This document shows positions 20,201 to 29,178 of a stretch of 64,000 bases of DNA, piece after piece. A program made the translations under genes and the position numbers. How positions within the stretch are numbered: the stretch's first letter is position 1; each line of letters opens with the position of its first letter. The notes beneath the pieces are model-generated. The model was not told where the DNA came from. It searched no databases and saw only the letters and a program-made list of their open reading frames with translations. The DNA lies in NCBI GenBank assembly GCA_000165345.1, contig CM000435.1:384001-448000 (forward strand), read 5' to 3'.

Positions 20201-21626
20201 CGAAGCTATCAGTGAAGTCCTTGAACTTGACTAAAGCAAATTTAAGAGAATCTTCACCCTTATTAACAGAACTTCGTCTTCTCTTTAAATTATTAGCAGT
20301 TGTAGCACATGTTACTGAACTTGCTTGTAGCTTATTACTAGTGAAAATCTTCTCTGAAAGTTCATTGTTCTGTAACAAGCTATTAATATTTGAGCTTATA
20401 TAGCTTTCATCCAAAGTAGGGTCTTCACTTAATATCATTTTTGTGAGTTTATTTTTCATTGACGTAATTATCTGAAGTCCCAAAGTTTTGGATAGATTAT
20501 ACTTTTTCGAGTAAGTTTGTAAATAAAACTCAATGAAGGGAAACATCAACAAAACCTCTTTCTCAGATAATCCAGCAACAAATAAAGGCTCACCCCATGC
20601 AGTTGTAGACTGATCCACAGAAGGATTTGTATCCTTGCAAGCTTTCTTAGTTGGACTTGAAGTCTCGCTAGCAGGCTCTGGGCTCATTTCAGGAATCTGT
20701 TCGGAAGTTTGCTCCTCAGTTTGCTGCTTTGAAACTGGTTTATTAGATGATTTGTCAACCAATTTCCCAGTAACCTGATCAAGGAAAGTCTTGTATCCAA
20801 TTCTATTTGAGTTTGGAGAAAGTAAAGTCTTAATAAGTCTTGAAATAACTTCAAACTTGACCTTTGCAGATGAAAATAACTTGACGTATTTGCTTGCTGG
20901 CCAACACAGCCTATAGCAAGTTTTTGTGCTTCTATTTTCAGACATACTATTGACCCATATATGTGGTGTATCAAACAGATTACCTCCAAATTCAATAGTC
21001 CAAGAATGTATTTTACAAGTAATCTGGAAAGTCTTCAAGTCTCCCTGCTTTAAAATTGACTTTGGCATTTCCTTCATCTTTTTTGGCTTGTAACTTCCCC
21101 CACCTTTTTGGCGAATTCTCTGTAACTTCCTAAAGTTGTCTTTAAGAATATTAGTCTTTTCTTTCTCATAATTTAAAATATATTCAAAAGGGATCAAAGT
21201 ACCAACAAGAGTTAGTTCTTCAAAACTTTGATCATCTTGTGATTTCTCTGTGGCTCCCATATAATTCGAATCAACATTCACTTCAGGATCTGCTGCCTTT
21301 ACAAAAGAATCAAGGGTTCCCTCCTCATTCATAAAATAAATACTTTCAAATTTATTTGGTAAACAGTCTAAGGGCATCATCCTGGAAAGTTTGTTATTGT
21401 ATATCGAAAACTCTGCAATGTATCTATAAGTAATACCATAGTCTCCGCTCAATGTTACCTCTTCTGGAATATCATCTTCAGATGTTAACTCATGTTTAAG
21501 CTTAAAGGCTCCTCCCTCACTTGTATTACTTGACAAACTTGAACGCTTCTTTTTGTTGAAATTCTTACTATTGCTACTACTACTACTAGTATTATTCTCA
21601 TTCAAATTCGAATTTAAGCATGCCAT
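17250..21626 (-). CDS. Large hypothetical protein of at least 1458 aa, with no motif I can name. The 5' end may extend to an ATG near 21862 across N-containing sequence.
   Basis: Uninterrupted 4.4-kb ORF. The last 9 codons overlap the last 10 codons of tRNase Z on the opposite strand. Sequence upstream of 21626 contains NN gaps and an in-frame TAA. Confidence 0.55.
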   Translation of the reverse strand: MACLNSNLNENNTSSSSSNSKNFNKKKRSSLSSNTSEGGAFKLKHELTSEDDIPEEVTLSGDYGITYRYIAEFSIYNNKLSRMMPLDCLPNKFESIYFMNEEGTLDSFVKAADPEVNVDSNYMGATEKSQDDQSFEELTLVGTLIPFEYILNYEKEKTNILKDNFRKLQRIRQKGGGSYKPKKMKEMPKSILKQGDLKTFQITCKIHSWTIEFGGNLFDTPHIWVNSMSENRSTKTCYRLCWPASKYVKLFSSAKVKFEVISRLIKTLLSPNSNRIGYKTFLDQVTGKLVDKSSNKPVSKQQTEEQTSEQIPEMSPEPASETSSPTKKACKDTNPSVDQSTTAWGEPLFVAGLSEKEVLLMFPFIEFYLQTYSKKYNLSKTLGLQIITSMKNKLTKMILSEDPTLDESYISSNINSLLQNNELSEKIFTSNKLQASSVTCATTANNLKRRRSSVNKGEDSLKFALVKFKDFTDSFGTCQKILKISDFCHSFGDFLELPIYSSSLLSIQSFQSKSFVLEKSKCISLEILNQVYLELNKVIGKLREERASGLISQEGLCSLIKVVQAFPQNTLFSTIKCLVNAISEKVFNLKKNNTEDSSQTVKTSPSIKRSYSSFRNDSEHSDSESDLKSSEIKLKLLDTLSINKSSIDCVSWPVILDLLLAKMNESSMNELSDYLDESTFDDYNSGEQLIVEETKMESCDITPNQNSPSQSKKQDKNNSLCALNSESFFEILNWSIDTLGSGKIGKEFIDNAFNSQKKKINIGRNDNFIGVDRFSNKYFLFNNINTQNTLYKSVIIVSSCMEGLNNKYISHSTPCTNPLCTLSAEGNLPYNLVSTPEVAEIQNFLRLNSTSATISSKPVVKSTEPNYKFVSKKKEIETLINSLCEDHFCEFQLKLKLKSAFNGKEFEHETFNSAKYVQECIGNNKPVFVPFNISLLRIDQEKQFFYFSVINIIKEITTIYLKITLPMVVCANNDTQTHFSILDKIFALSTQVFGQFTKGVDVTYYSSQETFKQITILIKQICETTMDSLETFGIQLDKQTSQKHSLWIRELDALGGIHPPEGETQIPLGDIITSSFNKRISIIAAYLKIWMQSIVPSDLITISTGGSISYELSGFNQDSILTSRSGFVYNKEEFISIIGKNYEKKLDYIEKQIPDQMDQFYYFKSGHFLVNLSWMNSILTKNRKVNGAMLRFIEKFTEIPAHMANIEKIKVMNICYNVGNLANNNQSAEIDSNNNTQEDNEVTIYPFILINCQVTPRLNSSCTDELVELVDNLKESFENIQHLNIEHFSRKRTSNRIKNNNLSNSYRDAMIADSTFTIAESRETFIKKNLSYDQESQNETRYISLILPLDLITQNNGLPAGRLSHLQRRSFEIFNFRPTTPFYIIREDIFKSSIKEITEKSSFKVSYNLGEKTHNGFIRRIIIEDYDVWDCMIVESDDSKKNKDCVLVCLNLWQIISN

Positions 21627-22297
21627 ATTTACATCTTCCCCATAGCTGTTATTTTCATAATAGATCTGGTTGTTGTATAANNTGCCCGAACTAAATTATT
21701 TCATTGAAGTNNTTCTCATTTTCTCGAGGGAAAACGTAATCAGGAATAGCATCCTCCTCCATTCTAAACTGGTTATCTTTCTTCATTATAAATAGGATCG
21801 GAAAGCTTCATAGAAATCTCAAAAGAATCCATCGTACTGCCACAATCAATATTTGAAGACATTTTCCCCCATCAACCTTTTAACCTCTATTAATATTAAT
21901 TAATAAATGTGAATATTAATTAAATTTCAGCTTCTATAAAGGCTATACTATTCTTAATACCAAAATACTTTGTACTTCGTTTCTTATATGCTTTTTACTA
22001 AGATCCCAAAAACATACATATGCATTTATAAATGTATATTTAATGTTAATTAAAACTATACTTCAATTCCATCAACACCAATAATTTTGAGGAGTAACTA
22101 GATTTAACACAAAATTTAAATTGTGAAGAATCTAACTAAGTCTGTGTTTTTACTCCTTATTTTTTCTTGGTTCTCAAAAAACTTTAATCCATATACCTTT
22201 GACTTTTTTGCCAAGCAACCTATTCTCCTCCCACGGCGCTTACATGACTAGACAAACTTAAATAGTAAGTAATATTCAAATTAACTTGATATTGTTC

Positions 22298-22321
22298 TTT
22301 TTTTTAAAAAAAAAAAAAAAA
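22298..22321. repeat. T7 then A16 homopolymer junction.
   Basis: ctttttttt followed by 16 A in the spacer between the 17250 gene's 5' region and the UNG 3' end. Confidence 0.8.
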
Positions 22322-22525
22322 GGATATAATTACCTCTTTCAAAAACTTATTTTTTTAAAAATTTTGCACCTATGTTTCATAGCTACTTTAATTACACTAC
22401 GTGGAACCAGTTACATGCATGCAAACACGTGTTGAGTTTTTTTACCATATTCCGAGCATTCATGTGGACAAACAACGTTAGAGTAAAAGAATAATAGTAA
22501 TTTAAATTTAAACAATATTATTTTC

Positions 22526-23561
22526 TTATGGAATCCAATTGATTTCAGGGCGTCGAGTTTTTCTTAGGAATTCATTGCATTTGTTGAAATGATCACAGCC
22601 TAGATTCATTTTTTTAGTTAAAATAGGTATTTGAAAGTATATTATAAGTTAGCCTTTTGATAACTTTTGTTATATTATAAAGGAAAACTCACCCATAAAC
22701 TTCTTTTGTGATAATGGAGAGGGATGAGCTGATTCTAGCACCAAATGTTTCTTTTTGCAAACGCTCGCGGCCTTAGCTTGGGCGGACCTCCCCCAAAGCA
22801 TAAATACTATAGGTCTTTCTAATTTATTAATTTTTGATATAACCATGGATGTAAAGATATCCCNACCCTGAACGATAAAAAAAAGTTAGTAGAAAATTTC
22901 AGTATTCAATAAATTTGTTNGNTTTCTAAACACTGTAGTTATTACTGTCAAACTTACATAAGTCTTNGTGGGACATTGGCTTCCCTTCTTCTACAGAAAG
23001 TAAAGAGTTTAGAAGGAATACTCCCTGTTCAGCCCACGATGATAGGTCTCCATGACCAGGATTACCTTTACCTATTTCTTTATAAATATTTCTTAAACTA
23101 GGAGGAACTGGAACGCCCTTCGGAACTGAGAAACTAAGTCCCATTGCCTGTCCAGGTTGGTGATATGGGTCTTGACCCAAGATTACCACTGAAATCTTGT
23201 TCAATGGAGTAGCTTTGAAACAACTAAACATTTTGTCACTGGGTGGGTACACTTTAGCATAATTCCTTCTTTCTTGAACCTTTTTCATACACTTCACAAA
23301 ATAGGGCTTCCTTAATTCATCTTTAAGGGCCTCAAACCACTCATCTCCAAAGTATTCCCTCAACTCCGACTCACTCGGATAGTACTCTTGATTCTCTTCC
23401 TCAGCCTCCTTACTTGATTTAATTTCTGTTTCTTTAACGCATATTCTCCTATTCTTCACTGCTGAATCTCTATTCAAGTCACTCCCACACTCAATACTGT
23501 CCTTGCAAATGTTTTCTGCACTCCTTTTATTCAAATAAGACAGTATTGACGTTTGACTCAT
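22526..23561 (-). CDS. UNG: Uracil-DNA glycosylase, UNG family. Three exons: 23561..22958, 22867..22693, 22599..22526.
   Basis: Exon 1 carries GQDPYH and SLRNIYKEIG. Exon 2 carries DIFTSMVISKINKLERPIVFMLWG and SAHPSPLS. Exon 3 reads CDHFNKCNEFLRKTRRPEINWIP followed by a stop. The introns begin GTAAGT and GTGAGT. The Ns at 22864 and 22967 create an apparent 1-nt frame offset between exons 1 and 2. Confidence 0.75.
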
Positions 23562-23603
23562 ATTTCTCTATATATTTATTTACATGTATTAAAAAATAAT
23601 TTG

Positions 23604-23615
23604 TTGGCGCCGAAA
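23604..23615. promoter_or_regulatory. E2F-like site TTGGCGCCGAAA about 45 bp upstream of the UNG ATG.
   Basis: ttgttggcgccgaaatgtcg. Confidence 0.5.
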
Positions 23616-23840
23616 TGTCGTTCCCTATAATTTAAAAGGCATGAAAAGGAAACACAAGCATGAGGGGAGGGGATAGAGAAGATGGGAAAAACTAATTAAG
23701 ATTTCTATAATAATACTTGGATACTTTCTTCCGTAATCTCCGCCGCTTTTATTCCAAAAAAAAAGTTATTAATGGAATATCAGCAAGGGTGAGAACGAAA
23801 AGAATATGATAGTCTATTATTAAGGAAAAGATGCAACAAC

Positions 23841-24509
23841 TTATTCCATGTCAGCATTTTCGAAGTGAGTCAACTCCTCATTGTGTAGACATGCAATTGG
23901 TTTTATTTCAAACTTTACTGAGGGAATTTCAAGATGTTTAAGTAACAAATATTGGTATTTATTCAAAGGGTTGCCTTTCTCGCATATGATAACTTTTCCC
24001 TGATCAGAGCCAAGAAGAGTTGGCTTAAGCTGAGGAAATTGCTTTCTCATATAAAATTCTGCATTTTTGTATAAACATTCTAACTCTGTGTTTGGTTCAA
24101 CAACGCAAGTAATGTCAGATAGTGAACCTTCTCTACCAAATTCCATCGTAGAACTTTCTTCCAGTACCTTGTTTAAGTTACTAGGAGCCAAGTCTGTAAA
24201 TATAAGACCTCTTTCCCCGCGAAGAAAAGAAGAGATTTTATGAGCATTCTTTGCAGACTCTGAATCTGAGTCTGCACCAAATGCGACCTGAAGAAGTTTG
24301 TTTTTCCCAACTAATAACTTTCCAGGTTCAAGCCTAACTCTAAGTTGTTTTAAAGCAGCATTTCTTTGGTTCTTCAGCTTAACAACATAAATAAACTTGA
24401 ATTTACCAATGTACTCATGTACGTTTTCGATTATTTCTGACTTGTCCTTTCTCTTCTTCTTCAGATCCTTGGTCATAAGGACCTTCTTTACTCTCTTTGA
24501 TTTTGCCAT
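23841..24509 (-). CDS. MRTO4: mRNA turnover protein 4 (MRT4), a ribosomal P0/L10-like 60S assembly factor.
   Basis: MAKSKRVKKVLMTKDLKKKRKDKSEIIENVHEYIGKFKFIYVVKLKNQRNAALKQLR...GKNKLLQVAFG matches the N-terminal MRT4/P0 domain pattern. Confidence 0.75.
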   Translation of the reverse strand: MAKSKRVKKVLMTKDLKKKRKDKSEIIENVHEYIGKFKFIYVVKLKNQRNAALKQLRVRLEPGKLLVGKNKLLQVAFGADSDSESAKNAHKISSFLRGERGLIFTDLAPSNLNKVLEESSTMEFGREGSLSDITCVVEPNTELECLYKNAEFYMRKQFPQLKPTLLGSDQGKVIICEKGNPLNKYQYLLLKHLEIPSVKFEIKPIACLHNEELTHFENADME

Positions 24510-24613
24510 CTTCTTTTAACCTACTTTCTTTTTTCCTCCCTAGACAAGAAAATAAATTTTTCTTTTATTTTAATCAATTCGTGACTATTACCCATTTATC
24601 TACATACCGGCGC

Positions 24614-24626
24614 ATTGGCGCCAAAT
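24614..24626. promoter_or_regulatory. E2F-like palindrome ATTGGCGCCAAAT about 105 bp upstream of MRT4. It is adjacent to a TACCGGCG motif.
   Basis: tacataccggcgcattggcgccaaatgtg. Confidence 0.5.
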
Positions 24627-24796
24627 GTGTCTACCTTAAGAAAATTAAATGTAGTCTGGCATGCGAAAATAATAGCCTAGAAAAAAAAGAAAGAAAAATG
24701 ATAAGTAAAGGATGTAATTGTTAATTAAGTAGCTTACTATAGGTTTTAGAGCATTTAGTTGACTAATGTGTATCCCTGATTGTGTGAAACTAGAGA

Positions 24797-27700
24797 TTAG
24801 GAATGTTTAGAATGAGCGAGTTGATCGGGAGAGACCAAAACTAGCATCTCTTTAAGAAGCTTATGAATTTTTTCTGCAGAGCTTGACTGAATGCTATACA
24901 TCGAAGTAAGAGAATTTACCAGAGAATTAATAATATGGAAGTTGCAGAAAATGGCATTATGAACATCATCTGGAATGCTACTACCAGCATTGTCGTTTCT
25001 GCAAAGCTCAAACAGTGACACTACATAAGCTTCAATAATTTTTGGTAAGAATCCCACATTTGAAGAGTTTATTCCACTCTCCGACTTTGGGATGAAGTTC
25101 TTTGATTCTATATATTCTTTAGCTGAGCGATAGAAACCCTTTTGAATCAAAACAAATGCATGCACAATCTCATTCAAATATCTAACTTCATCCAACTTTG
25201 TCTGAACTGCAAGACCTTGTTGTAAATAAGAAGAATCTGTAAAAACTTTGTTTATGATGGTCTGTAATTTGTCAAAGAAAAGTTGTTGTCTCGTATTGAG
25301 AGTTGTAAAAGAATAACAAACTGGAAGTCTCAAGCAATCTAAAATTGTGTCCAAGACCTCCTCCAAGAGGTTTGCTTCCATGAAAAATAGAATTGAAGTA
25401 ATATAATGGCCCCTATTTTTAGCTAATCTTGCTATAATACTGTTTATTTCTTCACATATTTCAGAGTATTCACTTGTATTCATACTCTCATATGTATCAA
25501 ACTTAACAAAAGACTTTCCTTGTTCAATATAAGTATGGAAACTAGCACTATCAGTGTAATCATCTTCAACAATATCATGTAATAGACTGAACTCTACATA
25601 ATCCTGTAATATCTTTGTTCTCATTGATTCTGGGAAAAGCCTTGCAAGCTTTGCAACAAAAGGGAAGGGAATATTAAAGTTTTTAATTGATTTCTCAAGA
25701 ACTTCATAAAGGCTTAAAACCCTATCTTCTGGCTCAATCTTGTCAGAAAATGAAGAGAAGACCCCAAATTGATCATTTTCTATTTTTTTCCAAAGTGGAA
25801 TTAAACCAGCAACTGCTAAGTAAAGAACCCACTGAAGTTGTATGATTTTTAATTCATGATGACAAGAATAAATCCACCTCATTGCCTCCCCAAAATGTAA
25901 AGTGTAGCACATTAGTCTTGCCATATTGAGATTTGTCTGTTCTTTTACCATTCTATCATTCTGATTTAACTCATTCTTATCTTCTTGTCTAGATATAGTT
26001 CTTTCATGTAAATGAGAATTCTGGCTACGATTTAAGCTTAACTTAGTGCTTCCTGCATGAGCATCTCCTCTTCTGGATGTATGAGTCAATAAGAAGGGGC
26101 TAACCTCTTCTTGAGAGTGAATGGATAAATCCCGGCTTGATGATTCTCCTCCATAGGAAAATTGGTCTACCTGGTTTCGAAGTCTATTATACAAAGTATT
26201 TAATTCCTTTGCTGATTCATTGTCATCATTAGTCTTAAGGATAATATGAAGTTGATACCAAATATAATCTTCCATATTTGTATTAGGAAGAAGTTTCATC
26301 ACATTCAAAGACTGAGATGAAACGTTAATTATACTGAAAATAACTTGATAATAGGCTTGTTCTCTAAAGTCTGCATCCTGGCTTGGTTTTGAGTAAAACA
26401 TAGAATTCAACTCTCTATATTCTCTGCTAGAGTAAAGGTCTCTATTAAAGTCAAATTGTACGCATTGCTTAATCCAATTCTCCTCACCTTGAACAATATC
26501 ATCATATGTTTGAGAAATTAAGAGTGAACTACTTGTTGAAAGAAGTATTGCTGCTAAACATTTACATACCAAGGAGAAATGTTGAGGTATATGAGAGAAT
26601 TTGGATGCCATATCCCAAAGTATTTGACCAGACCCAATTCTAAATGCCCAGTAAGCCAAAAACCAATAGTGAACTTGTTCGCATGGGAAATTCATATTGT
26701 AATTGATATTTCGTTGGTCTGTTGACTCACTTATGAACAACTTTCTACAAAAATTGGTAAAGTTCTTTAAGGAAATAAGTACACTACTTCCTACTCCTGA
26801 GCCATATCTGTTTCCTAAGAAAATGTTAGAATTGTGATACAAAACATTATCAACAGCAGAAACTTCTAAAGCTCGAATTGAATTAGAAATCATCTGACGA
26901 GTTGTATAATTGTTCTTTGAGGAATTGCCAACTAATAGTGTCAAAAGTCTCCATAGTAATGAAATTTCCTCCTTGTATTCAACAGGAGCCAATAGAGAAC
27001 CCATTTCTTGAATCAACTGGATACGAGAATTGAAGGAAGAAAGACACATTTTCTGAATAGATACATATTTGTCAGAAGCTAAATCAGAAACAGTAACATT
27101 TGGAATAATCTCAGAAAGAACATAATAGTACTCATTAATAGAGTCTTCAGTTCTTCTAGATCCTCCAACTCCTTGCTCTTGTATTGTTTCAAAGTGTGGT
27201 TTTCTAGGATTAAGTAAAAGTCCAAATTCTGATTTGGTTGATAGATGAGAATTATCATTACAATATCCTGATACTATATCCTGTTTTTGACCATCAAGGA
27301 TCTTGGATTTTCTTTCATTCCATTCTGTGAAAAATAAATCAAAGACTTCTGAATAATAAATCTGGAAAATAGACGTAGTAGATTCATCTATCAAGTATGA
27401 AAGAAAATTTGAATAGCTAGTTTGAAGATACTTTGGCAGTCCTCCTGATCCTAACTCACTATAGTTGTCTTTATCCTGCCCACAGCCTCCTCTATGAGGG
27501 GCCCTTTTGAAATTAAAAGCTTCTGCTAAGTATCTCCTTTTAGAGTCATAACTTTCCAGTCTAGAGCTAAGATATTGGATTGAACGCTCAAGAGTTGTAA
27601 TTCCCAAGTCATTTACTATTCCCTTCCCACTACTTGCTCGTTTTGACACACCAAAATACCCCGGCTCTTTTTGCTTACTTCCAAGAGAATCCCTTGAAAC

Positions 27701-27805
27701 ATCCAAAAGCTCTTTAATTCCACTCCAAACCACAGGCTTTAGTATTGGAACTGTCCTATATGCTCTTTCTAGGGAGGAATTTATGTCCATTGAAAAGTTT
27801 GACAT
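24797..27805 (-). CDS. Large alpha-helical hypothetical protein of 1002 aa. Possibly a solenoid scaffold or nucleoporin-like, but unassigned.
   Basis: Intronless ORF with ATG at 27805. It has no enzymatic motif and is helix-rich with aromatic periodicity. An E2F-like site lies 66 bp upstream. Confidence 0.55.
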   Translation of the reverse strand: MSNFSMDINSSLERAYRTVPILKPVVWSGIKELLDVSRDSLGSKQKEPGYFGVSKRASSGKGIVNDLGITTLERSIQYLSSRLESYDSKRRYLAEAFNFKRAPHRGGCGQDKDNYSELGSGGLPKYLQTSYSNFLSYLIDESTTSIFQIYYSEVFDLFFTEWNERKSKILDGQKQDIVSGYCNDNSHLSTKSEFGLLLNPRKPHFETIQEQGVGGSRRTEDSINEYYYVLSEIIPNVTVSDLASDKYVSIQKMCLSSFNSRIQLIQEMGSLLAPVEYKEEISLLWRLLTLLVGNSSKNNYTTRQMISNSIRALEVSAVDNVLYHNSNIFLGNRYGSGVGSSVLISLKNFTNFCRKLFISESTDQRNINYNMNFPCEQVHYWFLAYWAFRIGSGQILWDMASKFSHIPQHFSLVCKCLAAILLSTSSSLLISQTYDDIVQGEENWIKQCVQFDFNRDLYSSREYRELNSMFYSKPSQDADFREQAYYQVIFSIINVSSQSLNVMKLLPNTNMEDYIWYQLHIILKTNDDNESAKELNTLYNRLRNQVDQFSYGGESSSRDLSIHSQEEVSPFLLTHTSRRGDAHAGSTKLSLNRSQNSHLHERTISRQEDKNELNQNDRMVKEQTNLNMARLMCYTLHFGEAMRWIYSCHHELKIIQLQWVLYLAVAGLIPLWKKIENDQFGVFSSFSDKIEPEDRVLSLYEVLEKSIKNFNIPFPFVAKLARLFPESMRTKILQDYVEFSLLHDIVEDDYTDSASFHTYIEQGKSFVKFDTYESMNTSEYSEICEEINSIIARLAKNRGHYITSILFFMEANLLEEVLDTILDCLRLPVCYSFTTLNTRQQLFFDKLQTIINKVFTDSSYLQQGLAVQTKLDEVRYLNEIVHAFVLIQKGFYRSAKEYIESKNFIPKSESGINSSNVGFLPKIIEAYVVSLFELCRNDNAGSSIPDDVHNAIFCNFHIINSLVNSLTSMYSIQSSSAEKIHKLLKEMLVLVSPDQLAHSKHS

Positions 27806-27870
27806 TTTTTCCCCCTTACACTTTTTTTTCGCTATTTTTCAGTTCCAGCCTTAAAAACCCTATACATGAG

Positions 27871-27880
27871 TTGGCGCCCA
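27871..27880. promoter_or_regulatory. E2F-like site TTGGCGCCCA upstream of the 27805 (-) gene.
   Basis: gagttggcgcccaagtg. Confidence 0.45.
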
Positions 27881-28407
27881 AGTGTGGTGCTGATGGGATT
27901 AAGAAAATAATAATTAAATATTCAAAAAGCGAGAAGGAAAAAAAAACAAGGAGCTAAAATATAGAAAATCCTTTTCAAAAATTTTCTTGATGCCTCACTA
28001 ATGGACTAGTTTTATAAGTTGAGAGTCTCGCTAGTATTTACTCCGAGTTGAATCATAAGTTTCTATACAAAATATCTTGCTTATTTTACCTACAAAAGTT
28101 AACTTGGCTATCCTATTCTGTCAACATGCATGAAAAATACGCCGGTATTCAACTTGGCAAAAAATTAATTTTTTTAAATTCGAAAATTGTTAAAAAACAT
28201 TGTGGCGCTAAAACAAGTAGTGTCTAATAGTCAAAAGAGATTATTTTAAAATAAAGAAAAGGCAAAGAAGATTTTCCGGTTAAGTTTGGAGAACGAAAAT
28301 AGAGAAAATACCAGTCTTTAGGAGATCATACTAAGATACTTAAGGTTCTGGTTAATATTTTGAGTAATTATCCACTTTTGTTATAAGTGTTATATATATT
28401 TATATAT

Positions 28408-28857
28408 ATGTCAAAAGCAAAACGAGAGAGAGCAATAGTATATGTAGGCCATATTCCATTTGGATTATTTGAGCCTCAACTCAAAGAATACTTTTCTCAG
28501 TTTGGTAAGATTTTGAGGATTAAGCTGAGCAGGTCCAAGAAGAATGGTCACTCGAGAGGATATGCATTTATTGAATTTGAATCAATGGAAGTGGCTCAGA
28601 TTGCAGCCTCAACTATGAACAATTATATTATTTTTAAGAGAAGTCTCAAATGTCACGTGCTTCCTAAAGAAAGCATTCACCCATACATTTTTATTAGGTC
28701 AAAGAAGAAGAATTCTTCTGAATCTAATAATGCCTTAACTGAAGATGAAAAACAAGCAAAGATTGATAAGTCTGTTCTTTCTAAGAAAAAGAAGCTACTT
28801 AAAATCAATAAAATTCTTGAAAATAATAATATAAATTACAAGCTTCCTTCTGTGTAG
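28408..28857 (+). CDS. RRM protein of the Nop15/NIFK family, a ribosome-biogenesis RNA-binding protein.
   Basis: Canonical RRM with RNP2 AIVYVGHIPF and RNP1 RGYAFIEFE. A K-rich tail follows. The track ORF begins at a GTG at 28387, and the first ATG is at 28408. Confidence 0.7.
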   Translation: MSKAKRERAIVYVGHIPFGLFEPQLKEYFSQFGKILRIKLSRSKKNGHSRGYAFIEFESMEVAQIAASTMNNYIIFKRSLKCHVLPKESIHPYIFIRSKKKNSSESNNALTEDEKQAKIDKSVLSKKKKLLKINKILENNNINYKLPSV

Positions 28858-29119
28858 TTTTGTTATTTTATATCGTTTTTTTTATATATCTTTTTTTTCT
28901 AATTTATTATTTTTTTTTTTTCCTTTCCCATCTTGCATTTCTTTTTTCTTTCCCATCCAACTCTCTTATTCCTAATTCTTTCTTCCCAGCTCTTTCCTAC
29001 TTCTCTTTTATCCAGATTTAAGCTCTTTCTATCTCGAGCTCTCTGATTATCCAAACCAAAACTTATCCTTTATTTTTCCTCTTGAATTTATGTGGGTTTC
29101 CAAACTGTATATACCGGTG

Positions 29120-29133
29120 TTTTGGCGCCAACA
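29120..29133. promoter_or_regulatory. E2F-like palindrome TTTTGGCGCCAAC about 50 bp upstream of the NSUN2-like ATG. It lies inside the GTG-started track ORF.
   Basis: atataccggtgttttggcgccaacatc. Confidence 0.5.
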
Positions 29134-29178
29134 TCTGGTGTAAAAATAGACCAAGGAAAAGTGGGTTTATTGGTCAAA

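Noticed and set aside
20212-20995. ORFs 20212..20403 (+) and 20684..20995 (-) inside the 1458-aa gene.
   Set aside because: They are out-of-frame or antisense to a 4.4-kb uninterrupted ORF.
22926-23561. The track ORF, whose translation contains an X, as a complete UNG gene.
   Set aside because: Its 3' part is intron read-through (…HXDLCKFDSNNYSV). The conserved UDG C-terminus is encoded by two downstream exons.
29092-29178. The 5' extension of the NSUN2-like ORF, MGFQTVYTGVLAPTSGVK….
   Set aside because: It starts at GTG and contains the E2F-like promoter element TTTTGGCGCCAAC. The first ATG is at 29179.
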